The notes under the pieces were generated by a model that saw only the letters and a program-made list of their open reading frames with translations, was not told the DNA's origin and searched no databases. A DNA stretch of 34,658 nucleotides, taken from Anaerolineae bacterium. Its GTDB lineage: Bacteria; Chloroflexota; Anaerolineae; JAADDB01. The translations under genes and the position numbers were made by a program. This document shows, piece by piece, positions 1 through 8,392 of the stretch. Positions within the stretch are counted from its first letter, which is position 1, and every line of letters begins with the position of its first letter. The stretch is from positions 1 through 34,658 of the forward strand of contig JALWHQ010000439.1 in assembly GCA_026983525.1 (NCBI GenBank), read 5' to 3'.

Positions 1-587
1 TCAAGTTGGCGAAACCCAAAGGAATAAAGACGCTGTACGTCTCGAACGGGAACGCCACGCGCGAGGTGCTGGAGTACCTGCGTCCCTGGCTCGATGCCTA
101 CAAGATCGACCTGAAGACCATGAACCCCAAGCACTACCGAGAGTTGGGTGGGGTGTTGGATCGGGTGCTCGATGCAATTCGAATGGCCTGGGAGATGGGG
201 TTCTGGGTGGAAGTGGTTACCCTGGTCATCCCGGACTGGAACGATAGCGAAGCGGAATTGCGGGAGGCCGCGCGCCACATCGCGTCCGTATCTCCGGACA
301 TTCCCTGGCACGTCACGGCCTTCCATCCCGATTACAAGATGACCGACCGCGGGCGAACACCGGCGCGAACGATTCTGCGCGCGGTGGAAATCGGCAAGGA
401 GGAGGGGCTCCGCTACGTGTACGCGGGCAACCTGCCGGGCATGGTGGGCGGATATGAAAACACGTACTGCCCCAACTGTGGCGAACTGTTGGTGGAACGC
501 TACGGCTTTTACGTGATGAAGGACGTGCTCTCCGGCCGCGGACGCTGCCCCAAGTGCAACACACCCATCCCGGGCATCTGGAAATAA
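1..587 (+). CDS. amrS: AmmeMemoRadiSam system radical SAM enzyme (PFL-activating-enzyme-like), 5'-truncated by window edge
   Basis: Frame is open from the window start. Motifs YVSNG, KIDLK, WVEVVTLVIPDWND, PWHVTAFHPDYKM, YVYAGN, and C-terminal TYCPNCG...CPKC match this family. The CxxxCxxC motif lies outside the window. Confidence 0.85.
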   Translation, partial: KLAKPKGIKTLYVSNGNATREVLEYLRPWLDAYKIDLKTMNPKHYRELGGVLDRVLDAIRMAWEMGFWVEVVTLVIPDWNDSEAELREAARHIASVSPDIPWHVTAFHPDYKMTDRGRTPARTILRAVEIGKEEGLRYVYAGNLPGMVGGYENTYCPNCGELLVERYGFYVMKDVLSGRGRCPKCNTPIPGIWK

Positions 588-606
588 GATGATTCAAAGG
601 TGAAAC

Positions 607-2070
607 ATGGCCTACAAAAGTCTGCAAGAGTTCGTACGACGTCTGGAGAAGGCGGGCGAACTGGTTCGCATCAAGGTGCCTGTAAGTGCGGAGTTGGAAA
701 TCACGGAGATCGCCGATCGGGTAATGAAATCTCCCCCAGAACGAAACAAAGCCCTCCTTTTTGAAAATGTGCGCGGGCATGATATGCCTGTGCTCATCAA
801 CATGTTCGGCTCCCCGCGGCGTATGGCCTGGGCCCTTGGCGTGGAGGACTTAGAGGATTTGCGCCATCGCCTGGCGAAACTGATCAAGCCCGAGGTGCCC
901 CAGGGCTGGTCGGACAAATTCCGCAAAGCCGCGGAACTCCTGCCGGTCCTCCGCTCTGTCGGCCCCAAAGTGGTGAGCAAGGCCGCGTGCCAGGAAATCG
1001 TCATCACAGACAATCCCTCCCTGGACGCTCTGCCTATCCTCAAGTGCTGGCCCAAGGACGGAGGACGCTACATCACCCTGCCCCAGGTGATCAGCCGCGA
1101 CCCGCGCACGGGCCGCCGCAACGTGGGCATGTACCGCCTGCAAGTGTTCGACGAGCGCACCCTGGGCATGCACTGGCAGATTCACAAGGGGGGCGCGGAG
1201 CACGAGCGGGTGGCCAAGGACATCGGCAAGACCATCATCCCCGTGGCCGTGGCCTTGGGCGGCGATCCGGCGGAAATCTGGGCCGCGTCCGCGCCCCTGC
1301 CGCCGGACATCGACGAGTACATGTTGGCCGGATGGCTGCGGGGCAAGCCCGTGGAACTGGTGAAGTGCGTCACCCAGCCATTGGAAGTTCCCGCGGACGC
1401 GGATATCGTCATCGAGGGCTATGTGGACGTGAGCGAGCAGCGCCTCGAAGGCCCCTTCGGCGACCACACCGGCTACTACACCCCGCCTGACCTCTATCCC
1501 GTCATGCACGTGACGGCCATCACCATGCGCCGCAATCCCATCTACCCCACCACCATCGTGGGCCGCCCGCCCATGGAGGACTACTGGATGGGCAAGGCCA
1601 CGGAGCGGCTCTTCCTGCCCCTGCTTCAACTCTTTCTGCCCGAAGTGCAGGACATGAACATGCCCGCGGAGGGGGTCTTCCACAACCTGCTCATCGTCAA
1701 GATGCGCAAGCGCTACCCCGGCCACGTACGCAAGGTCATCCACGGCATTTGGGGCCTGGGCTTGATGATGCTCACCAAGTGCATCGTAGTCGTGGACGAC
1801 TGGGTGGACGTGCACAATCTGAGCGAGGTGGCCTGGCAGGTGCTGGGGAACGTGGACTGGGCGCGCGACGTCGTCATCACCGAAGGGCCAGTCGACGCGC
1901 TGGACCACTCGTCCTACCGCCCGAACTTCGGCGGCAAGATCGGCATCGACGCCACGGCCAAGGACGAGCGCGACGGCTACACCCGCGGCTGGCCAGAACT
2001 CATCGAGATGTTGCCGGAAATCAAGGCCCTGGTGGACAGACGCTGGAAGGAATACGGGCTCGAGAGTTAA
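607..2070 (+). CDS. ubiD: UbiD-family (prFMN) decarboxylase, menaquinone/futalosine-pathway type
   Basis: Motifs RNVGMYRLQ, EGPFGDHTGYY, PTTIVGRPPMED, DALDHS, GGKIGIDAT. AAGGTG RBS upstream. Confidence 0.92.
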   Translation: MAYKSLQEFVRRLEKAGELVRIKVPVSAELEITEIADRVMKSPPERNKALLFENVRGHDMPVLINMFGSPRRMAWALGVEDLEDLRHRLAKLIKPEVPQGWSDKFRKAAELLPVLRSVGPKVVSKAACQEIVITDNPSLDALPILKCWPKDGGRYITLPQVISRDPRTGRRNVGMYRLQVFDERTLGMHWQIHKGGAEHERVAKDIGKTIIPVAVALGGDPAEIWAASAPLPPDIDEYMLAGWLRGKPVELVKCVTQPLEVPADADIVIEGYVDVSEQRLEGPFGDHTGYYTPPDLYPVMHVTAITMRRNPIYPTTIVGRPPMEDYWMGKATERLFLPLLQLFLPEVQDMNMPAEGVFHNLLIVKMRKRYPGHVRKVIHGIWGLGLMMLTKCIVVVDDWVDVHNLSEVAWQVLGNVDWARDVVITEGPVDALDHSSYRPNFGGKIGIDATAKDERDGYTRGWPELIEMLPEIKALVDRRWKEYGLES

Positions 2071-2219
2071 AGGTTGAAGGGTGAAGGGTGAAGGTTGCAT
2101 CCGTTGATTTTGTGGTTGGGTTGTCGATAGGTATCAGGTATTGGGTACTGGGTATCGGGTATCGGGTATCGGGTATCGGGTATCTTCAACTTTTAACCTT
2201 TAACTTGTAACCTGTAACC
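2069..2219. repeat. Heptamer tandem-repeat cluster: (GAAGGKT)n, (GGGTATC)n and (TAACCTK)n, the last roughly complementary to the first
   Basis: Read directly, e.g. gggtatc repeated in 2149-2184; aaggttgaagggtgaagggtgaaggttg; tcaacttttaacctttaacttgtaacctgtaacc. Confidence 0.9.
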
Positions 2220-2221
2220 CT

Positions 2222-2845
2222 ATGACCATGAGAAACCGCATCGTCCTCACAACCCTCTTCGGTGGCGCGCTGGTGCTGGCCGGGCTCTGGCTGAGCCAAT
2301 ATTCGCGCATCTATCGGGATGTCGAGGAGGTCCCCGAAGCGCCGGTGGCCATCGTGTTTGGTGCCGCGGTGTACCCTGGGGGACGGCCCAGCCCTGTGTT
2401 GGCGGACAGGGTGGCCGCGGCAGCGGAGTTGTACCGCGCGGGCAAAGTACGCAAACTCCTGCTCAGCGGGGACAACCGAACGCTGAACTACAACGAGCCG
2501 GGGGCTATGCTGGCGTATGCTCGCACCCTTGGGGTGCCCGACGATGCCCTCCAGCCCGATTATGGGGGACGACGCACTTATGACACGTGCTACCGCGCCC
2601 GCCACATCTTCCAGGTGAAGCGAGCCATCCTGGTCACCCAGGCCTTCCACCTGCCCCGCGCGCTCCTCACCTGTCGCGCCCTGGGCATCGACGCGGTAGG
2701 CTACGCGGCAGACCGCCGGGTGTATCCGCCCAACGAGATAGTGTGGTGGTACATTCGCGAGGGCCTGGCCCTAACACGCGCCCTGGTCGACATCACACTG
2801 CGGCGGGAACCGCCCGTCATGGGAGAGCCGATTCCGCTTTTCTGA
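2222..2845 (+). CDS. SanA/YdcF (DUF218, ElyC-like) membrane-anchored protein
   Basis: N-terminal TM segment. Motifs [53 protein letters not shown]. Confidence 0.9.
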   Translation: MTMRNRIVLTTLFGGALVLAGLWLSQYSRIYRDVEEVPEAPVAIVFGAAVYPGGRPSPVLADRVAAAAELYRAGKVRKLLLSGDNRTLNYNEPGAMLAYARTLGVPDDALQPDYGGRRTYDTCYRARHIFQVKRAILVTQAFHLPRALLTCRALGIDAVGYAADRRVYPPNEIVWWYIREGLALTRALVDITLRREPPVMGEPIPLF

Positions 2846-2923
2846 TACGTGATGCGTGATACGTGATGCGTGATGTGGTAGCAGCAAGTTTACGCATTAC
2901 GCATTACGCATCACATATCACGT
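2843..2923. repeat. Inverted heptamer repeats (TGATRCG)n / (CGCATTA)n between convergent genes; probable hairpin
   Basis: tgatacgtgatgcgtgatacgtgatgcgtgatg ... ttacgcattacgcattacgcatcacatatcacg. Confidence 0.85.
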
Positions 2924-2925
2924 CC

Positions 2926-4365
2926 CTACGCTTCCGCCATCGCGGGGGCCCAGAGTTCCTCCACCCGATGCAACTCGAACGCGTCGTGGATGCGGCGCAC
3001 GGCCTCGTCGGCCTGGGTTGTGGCGACGACCAGGGAGATGTTCACCTCGCTCGACCCCTGGGCAATGGCGATCACGTTGATGCTCGCTTCCCCTAAAGCG
3101 CCGAACACGCGCGCGGCAATGCCCGGGGTTCCTCGCATGGCTTGCCCCACTACGGCGATGATCACGATGTCGTCCAGACTCCAGATGTGGTCGATGAACC
3201 CACGGCGCAGTTCCCGCTCCAATTCCTCATTCAGGGATTCCACGACGCGCGGCACGTCCTTGGCCGGGATGACGAAGCAGATGCTCTGCTCGGACGAGGC
3301 CTGGGAGATCATGAGCACGCTGACGCCTGTACGCGCTACCGCGCTGAAGGTGCGCGCGGCGATACCGGGCACCCCCATCATGCCCCGCCCTTCCACCGTG
3401 ATCAAGGCCAGGTTGCGGATGGCGGTAATGGCCTTCACAGGGGTGCGCACCGGCGCCGGCTCTTTGACGATGCGCGTGTTCGGGCCGTCCGGGTCGAATG
3501 TGTTGAGCACGCGGATGGGGATGTTCCGTTCAATGGCGGGGAGAATGGTCTTCGGGTGCAGGACCTTGGCCCCGAAGTAGGCGAGTTCCGCGGCTTCCAC
3601 GTAGGAGAGTTCGGGCAGGGTGCGCGCGTTGGGCACGATGCGCGGGTCCGCGGTGAGGATGCCGTTCACGTCCGTCCAGATCTGTACCTCGTCCGCGCCC
3701 AGGCACGCGCCCAGGATGGCCGCGGAGTAGTCCGAGCCGCCGCGGCCCAGGGTCGTGGTAATGCCATCTCGCGTGGCGGCGATGAAGCCCGTCACCACCG
3801 GGACCTTGCCCGCTTCCAGTAAAGAACGCAGGTGCTGTTCCACGCGCGGGCAGGTTTCCTCCAGAATCGGATTGGCAGCGCCGAAGGTATCGTCGGTGAC
3901 GATGATCTCCCGCGCGTCAACGGCCTCAGCGTCCACGCCGTGATGACGCAACACCGCGGCAAGAAGGGGCGCGGCCATTTGTTCCCCCAGGCTGGAAACG
4001 ACGTCCAAGCCGCGCGGGGTCAACTCGCCCAGCACGTAGATGCTCTGGCACAAGCGCTCGAACTCGCGCAGTTTCTCGTCCAGGAGACGCCCCAAGGCCG
4101 CGCGCTCCACGCCGTCCTCGATGAGTTGACCGGCCACGATCTGGTGCTTGACCAGCAACTCGTTGCGCGCGTCGCGGTACGGGGTCTCATCCCCTGCGGC
4201 CGCGGCTTTGGCCGCGTTGATTAGCGTGTCGGTGACCCCGGACATGGCGCTGGTCACCACGACGACATTACCGTCCTCCTCCTTTGCCCGGGCCACGATG
4301 CCGGCCACCCGAGCAAAGGCCTCAGCAGAACCAACCGATGTGCCTCCAAATTTCAGTATGCGCAT
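2926..4365 (-). CDS. Aspartate kinase, monofunctional, with two ACT domains
   Basis: Motifs MRILKFGGTSV, VVVTSAMSGVTD, TLGRGGSDYSA, WTDVNGILTADP, ELAYFGAKVLHP, SQASSE, QGSSE. Start moved to the ATG at 4365 because the longer ORF extension runs into a repeat. Confidence 0.95.
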   Translation of the reverse strand: MRILKFGGTSVGSAEAFARVAGIVARAKEEDGNVVVVTSAMSGVTDTLINAAKAAAAGDETPYRDARNELLVKHQIVAGQLIEDGVERAALGRLLDEKLREFERLCQSIYVLGELTPRGLDVVSSLGEQMAAPLLAAVLRHHGVDAEAVDAREIIVTDDTFGAANPILEETCPRVEQHLRSLLEAGKVPVVTGFIAATRDGITTTLGRGGSDYSAAILGACLGADEVQIWTDVNGILTADPRIVPNARTLPELSYVEAAELAYFGAKVLHPKTILPAIERNIPIRVLNTFDPDGPNTRIVKEPAPVRTPVKAITAIRNLALITVEGRGMMGVPGIAARTFSAVARTGVSVLMISQASSEQSICFVIPAKDVPRVVESLNEELERELRRGFIDHIWSLDDIVIIAVVGQAMRGTPGIAARVFGALGEASINVIAIAQGSSEVNISLVVATTQADEAVRRIHDAFELHRVEELWAPAMAEA

Positions 4366-4393
4366 ATGAATGTTCTCCCAAGAGTGGCTATAG

Positions 4394-4450
4394 TCTCTAA
4401 TCTCCAATCTCCAATCTCTAATCTCGAAACTGGAGATTGGAGATTAGAGA
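4394..4450. repeat. Inverted heptamer repeats (TCTCYAA)n / (TTRGAGA)n forming a hairpin
   Basis: tctctaatctccaatctccaatctctaatctc-gaaact-ggagattggagattagaga. Confidence 0.9.
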
Positions 4451-4457
4451 TCAATTT

Positions 4458-5699
4458 TCATATTCGCTCCAACGCCTGCTCCAAGTCCGCGATCAAATCC
4501 TCCGTGTCCTCGATCCCCACCGAGAGGCGGACGAGTTGGTCGGTGATGCCCAGGGCCAGGCGGTCTTCGGGATCCATCTCGTAGTAACTCATGATGGCGG
4601 GCTGTTCCACCAGACTTTCCACACCGCCCAGGCTGGGCGCAATGCGCGGAATGCGCAGCGCGTCCACGAATCGGCGGGTCTCCTCGTCCGTACCCTTGAT
4701 CTCGAAGGATACCACACCCCCGAACCCACGCATATATCGGCGCGCGATATCGTGATGGGGATGCGAGGAGAGGCCGGGGTACCACACGCGCCGCACTTTG
4801 GGATGCTCCTCGAGGAAACGGGCAATGGCCAGGGCGCTGGCGTTCTGTCGCTCCACGCGCAGGGCCAGGGTCTTCAGGCCCCTGAGAATGAGATACGCCG
4901 CGCTTGGATCGACCACGGCGCCAAACATGGCCTGGGCCTCGCGCAAGGGCACAGTAAGATCCCCGCGGCCGACCACCACACCGGCAAGCAAGTCGTTATG
5001 CCCGGCCAGGTACTTGGTCACGCTATGAATGACCAGATCCACCCCGTAAGCGAGGGGCTTAAGGTTGTAGGGAGTGGCAAAGGTGCTGTCGATGATGGTA
5101 CGCACGTTGTGGCGCCGCGCAATGTCCACAAGACGTTCCAGGTCGAGCACGTAAAGGAAGGGGTTGGTGGGCGTCTCGGAGAAGATGTAGCGGGTGGTGG
5201 GGCCAATCGCGGCCTCGATGGCCGCGTAATCTCCCGGCGGGACGACACTCACGTCCACGCCCCAGCGCTTGAGGAAGGTGTTACAGAACGTCCGCGTGCG
5301 GCGGTACGCGTCCGCAGTGATGACCAGATGGTCGCCGGGGCGCAGGAGGATGAGGAGGGTCAGAGTCACCGCGGCCATGCCGGAGGAGAGCAGAACGGCA
5401 TCGTTTCCTTCGTCCAGAGCGGCGAGTTTTTCCTCGGCCGCGCGTACCGTGGGGTTGCCATATCGCCCGTACTCCTGGTGCAGGGGCTTATCCCAAAACA
5501 TGCGTTCGGCCATGAAGGATTCAAGCGCATCGGTATTGGGAAAGGCATAGGTGGACGTTTGCACAATGGGGGTCGTGACACTTCCATAGGGGTTCTGGCG
5601 CGGCTCACCCGCGTGCACCGCCTGGGTGCTCGGCCCGGGCCGCCTACACTCCCCTACCTGAAATTCTCGCTTGGCCTGGACATCTGTCCCTTGAAACAT
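4458..5699 (-). CDS. Cys/Met-metabolism PLP-dependent enzyme, probably cystathionine gamma-synthase (MetB-like)
   Basis: Motifs [37 protein letters not shown] (PLP lysine), [25 protein letters not shown]. Lies downstream of a SAM riboswitch. Confidence 0.9.
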   Translation of the reverse strand: MFQGTDVQAKREFQVGECRRPGPSTQAVHAGEPRQNPYGSVTTPIVQTSTYAFPNTDALESFMAERMFWDKPLHQEYGRYGNPTVRAAEEKLAALDEGNDAVLLSSGMAAVTLTLLILLRPGDHLVITADAYRRTRTFCNTFLKRWGVDVSVVPPGDYAAIEAAIGPTTRYIFSETPTNPFLYVLDLERLVDIARRHNVRTIIDSTFATPYNLKPLAYGVDLVIHSVTKYLAGHNDLLAGVVVGRGDLTVPLREAQAMFGAVVDPSAAYLILRGLKTLALRVERQNASALAIARFLEEHPKVRRVWYPGLSSHPHHDIARRYMRGFGGVVSFEIKGTDEETRRFVDALRIPRIAPSLGGVESLVEQPAIMSYYEMDPEDRLALGITDQLVRLSVGIEDTEDLIADLEQALERI

Positions 5700-5744
5700 T
5701 AAAGCCCTCCTCTCGGCTTTGGCGAGGGGAAGGGCTCCGGCAAT

Positions 5745-5769
5745 AAAAAAGCCTCTTTCTGGAAGAGGC
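5745..5769 (-). terminator. Intrinsic terminator of the SAM riboswitch expression platform
   Basis: Minus strand GCCTCTT-CCAGA-AAGAGGC-TTTTTT. Its TCTTCCAG segment is complementary to CTGGAAGA at the aptamer 3' end, giving the alternative antiterminator pairing. Confidence 0.9.
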
Positions 5770-5792
5770 CTGTCAACACGTGTGCTGACCTG

Positions 5793-5961
<169 letters not shown>

Positions 5962-5989
5962 CGGCAGTGCCTATTCGATTTTGGGGGGT

Positions 5990-6017
5990 ATCATACTTGG
6001 TTTCGAGGATTTGTCAA
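5990..6017 (-). promoter_or_regulatory. Sigma70-type promoter for the riboswitch/met operon
   Basis: TTGACA (6017-6012), 16-nt spacer, TATGAT (5995-5990), about 30 nt upstream of the aptamer. Confidence 0.8.
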
Positions 6018-6244
6018 ATGCGCTTCATAAAAATTTTCGTCCAAGTCCTATGTGTATGGACATTGGCTCCTGGGATTCTTACTAGCTTTCAGCATGACGT
6101 GGATAGTTCCTGTATGGTCATCATTCTGTCTATCCCGATGATACAGGTAGAGGCGTTCCTTATCGACCTTGGGGAGTTCCTATCCACTTGGCAGCATCGG
6201 TGGTATCATTATGGTGAAACTTTTTCATCAAAGAGGAGTAGAAA

Positions 6245-6427
6245 ATGCCAACGAAACAACCGAACTACAAGCAAAAAATCAGCGCCATCCTCAACATCAT
6301 TGCCGGTATCCTGTTCCTCGCCGCCGCCTTTCATCTGTTGACAGGACAAAGCGGCATCGACTGGTTGTCACTCATCGCGGGGGTGATCTTCGTAGCCGGT
6401 GGCTTGTGGGGCCTGTGGAAATTATGA
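6245..6427 (+). CDS. Small two-TM membrane protein (60 aa)
   Basis: AAGAGGAG RBS. Basic N-terminus followed by two hydrophobic helices. Confidence 0.7.
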   Translation: MPTKQPNYKQKISAILNIIAGILFLAAAFHLLTGQSGIDWLSLIAGVIFVAGGLWGLWKL

Positions 6428-6476
6428 TGGAAGCCCATCTCTCCCTACAAACGCGAACCGGAGGAGGATGATGCCC

Positions 6477-6635
6477 ATGTTGGGGACTTATGAAGTGGCG
6501 ATACTCGCGCTGCTCCTTTGTGGATTGGGCCTTGTGCCACTGGTCGCGCTGTTCTGGCTGGTACGCGAAGTACGCCGCCTTCGTCAGCGCTTACAGGATC
6601 TCGAAGTCGCCCTTCGGCACCATGAAGAGAAGTAA
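6477..6635 (+). CDS. Small single-TM protein with coiled-coil tail (about 52 aa; start may be 6471)
   Basis: GGAGGAGG at 6460-6467. Hydrophobic segment then EVRRLRQRLQDLEVAL. Confidence 0.65.
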   Translation: MLGTYEVAILALLLCGLGLVPLVALFWLVREVRRLRQRLQDLEVALRHHEEK

Positions 6636-6653
6636 TGCGGCCCAAAATTCGCG

Positions 6654-6809
6654 TCAAGGCGAGGAGGACAGCACCGCAAGCAGCGCCTCCGGGAGGAGCA
6701 AGGCGAATTCACCCAGGAGGGCTGCACATATGGTCCGCCCGTTGGGTCTCTCCTATTCAGGGGCCAGGAGGCGACTGACGAAGAGGTTGGCGTGCAGCAA
6801 CACACGCAT
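6654..6809 (-). pseudogene. Decayed PIN-domain toxin gene, N-terminal remnant
   Basis: Translates as MRVLLHANLFVSRLLAPE*ERPNGRTICAALLGEFALLLPEALLAVLSSSP*. Resembles the PIN N-terminus MRVLLDANxxxS with Asp replaced by His, an internal TAG at 6753-6755 and early truncation. Confidence 0.6.
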
Positions 6810-6815
6810 GGGGGC

Positions 6816-6905
6816 TCAGCCTTCATAGAAGGTCATTTTGTCCTCGTGGGCCATCTCTTCGATGACTTCGCGCACGAAGCGGTTGGCCAGCGTTCCCGCC
6901 TTTGT
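6816..6905 (-). pseudogene. Probable C-terminal remnant of the cognate antitoxin
   Basis: Frame reads ...AGTLANRFVREVIEEMAHEDKMTFYEG*, stopping 6 nt before the PIN remnant ATG. No start codon or RBS is recognisable. Confidence 0.35.
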
Positions 6906-6979
6906 AGGGGATGCGTGGGCACAAGGCTCGGTGCCATGAGGCGGTGAGCCTTTTCATTTGGAATAAGGAGGACGGCGCC

Positions 6980-7357
6980 ATGAAAGGGTACGTGTGGATG
7001 TGGTTCGAAGGAGACGAGGACGACCTGCGCGCGTTGGAGACTATTTTCGGCCCCCAACCCTTTGTGCGTCGCGTCATCAGACCCGACGGCACCGTCGTCA
7101 TTCGCGGAAGGGCACGCCTGTGGTCGGTAGACTGGCTGGAGCGGGTCGAACGTGGGGAAATCCAAACAGACCTTGCGCGTACAGAGGCCATCATCGCGTG
7201 GTTCTACGACGAGGGAGAAGTGGCGCTCATACGTCGCTGTCGTGAATTAGGGTTGGATGTACAACGGGCCCTGGAAATATATCGGACCCTCAAAGGAATG
7301 ACGGTGGAAGAGGCGCGTGCATGGTTGAATTCGGATAGGGAAAAGCCCAATACCTAA
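6980..7357 (+). CDS. Hypothetical protein (125 aa)
   Basis: AAGGAGG RBS 8 nt before ATG 6980. Protein-like composition. The tail (LEIYRTLKGMTVEEARAWL) is loosely similar to ribosomal L7/L12 C-terminal-like helices. Confidence 0.7.
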   Translation: MKGYVWMWFEGDEDDLRALETIFGPQPFVRRVIRPDGTVVIRGRARLWSVDWLERVERGEIQTDLARTEAIIAWFYDEGEVALIRRCRELGLDVQRALEIYRTLKGMTVEEARAWLNSDREKPNT

Positions 7358-7363
7358 GAAAGG

Positions 7364-8095
7364 TTAATCCCCAGATGGGAAGAGGCCTCTTCGCGCTCGT
7401 AGCATCCGGTAGCCCTGTGCTGTGATAGCCCAACGAGGCCCTTCGTCCGTAGCAACCTCCATCACCGCTCCCCCTGCCTTCAGACGTTCCAGAATTTCGC
7501 GCACCCGCTCCAGGGGAAGGTCCGTGTCCACGGCAAGCCCGCTTAGGGAACGCAAGCGGTAGGGGCTGCCCACCAATGCCTCCAACACCCGACGAACATC
7601 TTCATCCAAAAGCTTCGCTTTTTCGGGTTGCACCGCCGCTACGCCTATTGCCCCCTCCACTCTTGGTTCTGGAGGTCCAATTTCAGGCTCTTTCAACATC
7701 TGAATGTAGCGCTCATGGAGCGTTATGTTCTTTTGTAGCGTTTTGATCTCCTGGTCGTGTTTCTGAAGATCTTGCAACAATCGCTGGGAAACAGAGGAGA
7801 TGAAGCGTTCCGCCCCGAGGCTGGCTGCAAGGGCTATGGCGAAGAGAAGGAAAAGGTTCTCCGACAATGACGTGCTTTTGTTGGGAGATAGTATATTATT
7901 CAACACCTCGCTCCGGGTGAAGGAGAGGAAGAGCGGCACCAGAAACGCGGCCGCCAGAGAGGTCAGGAAGAACCGTAGGAATGTTCTACAGGACAAGGGC
8001 TCCTCTGATCGGGAAGCAGTGCGCACCCATCTTACTAATCCACCAAGTAAGGCGGCACTCCCAAGAACCAAAATAACGTAGGCGGCTTGCCACAT
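7364..8095 (-). CDS. YLATT-like (YEATS-associated three-TM) membrane protein with coiled coil and C-terminal winged HTH
   Basis: GGAGGTG RBS before ATG 8095. TM1 ALLGGLV, TM2 AAAFLVPLFL, TM3 ...AASLGAERFISSVSQRLL match my recollection of the YLATT pattern. C-terminal RSLSGLAVDTDLPLERVREILERL...WAITAQG is wHTH-like. Confidence 0.7.
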   Translation of the reverse strand: MWQAAYVILVLGSAALLGGLVRWVRTASRSEEPLSCRTFLRFFLTSLAAAFLVPLFLSFTRSEVLNNILSPNKSTSLSENLFLLFAIALAASLGAERFISSVSQRLLQDLQKHDQEIKTLQKNITLHERYIQMLKEPEIGPPEPRVEGAIGVAAVQPEKAKLLDEDVRRVLEALVGSPYRLRSLSGLAVDTDLPLERVREILERLKAGGAVMEVATDEGPRWAITAQGYRMLRARRGLFPSGD

Positions 8096-8131
8096 GAGGC
8101 ACCTCCCCAATGTAACGTCTATCCGTGACAA

Positions 8132-8166
8132 GGTATAGCAAATCGACGATAACAAAGTTGAAACAA
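8132..8166 (-). promoter_or_regulatory. Shared promoter/operator box, copy A (degenerate)
   Basis: Plus strand ATAGCA-N10-AACAAAGT-tga-AACAA. On the minus strand this is a direct repeat followed by TGcTATACC, upstream of ATG 8095. Confidence 0.6.
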
Positions 8167-8235
8167 CAGGGGGGTGGCGTACTGACAAGTCCACATATGT
8201 TTACGGATAGTTGTGGAGAAAGGCCGGAGGGGAGG

Positions 8236-8274
8236 CTTTTCTGTGTGCCGGGCTTCACCCGGCGCACAGAAAAG
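8236..8274. terminator. 17-bp stem-loop downstream of the 8393-9925 gene
   Basis: cttttctgtgtgccggg-cttca-cccggcgcacagaaaag. Confidence 0.6.
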
Positions 8275-8392
8275 ATCTTCTCCCCCCGCCCCGTATGGCC
8301 ACCTCCCAAGGATAAAGTTTTATTAGTCAATCAGCAAGAGGGGGAATAGGAGCAAATGTCCAATCCCCCGCTCCAAATAGAAAGGGCAAGGA

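Noticed and set aside
850-2100. Long antisense ORFs (also 4437-5702, 12884-13960, 21363-22502, 24943-26742, 28050-30713, 33339-34598)
   Set aside because: They shadow well-supported genes on the opposite strand, as expected in high-GC DNA. They show no motifs or RBS.
4366-4407. N-terminal extension of the aspartate kinase ORF (MEIRDYSH...)
   Set aside because: It is translated from the heptamer repeat. The family starts at MRILKFGG (4365).
6584-6826. Cys-rich 80-aa ORF as a possible RiPP or metallothionein
   Set aside because: It is an alternative frame over the PIN pseudogene, with no RBS and no modifying enzymes nearby.
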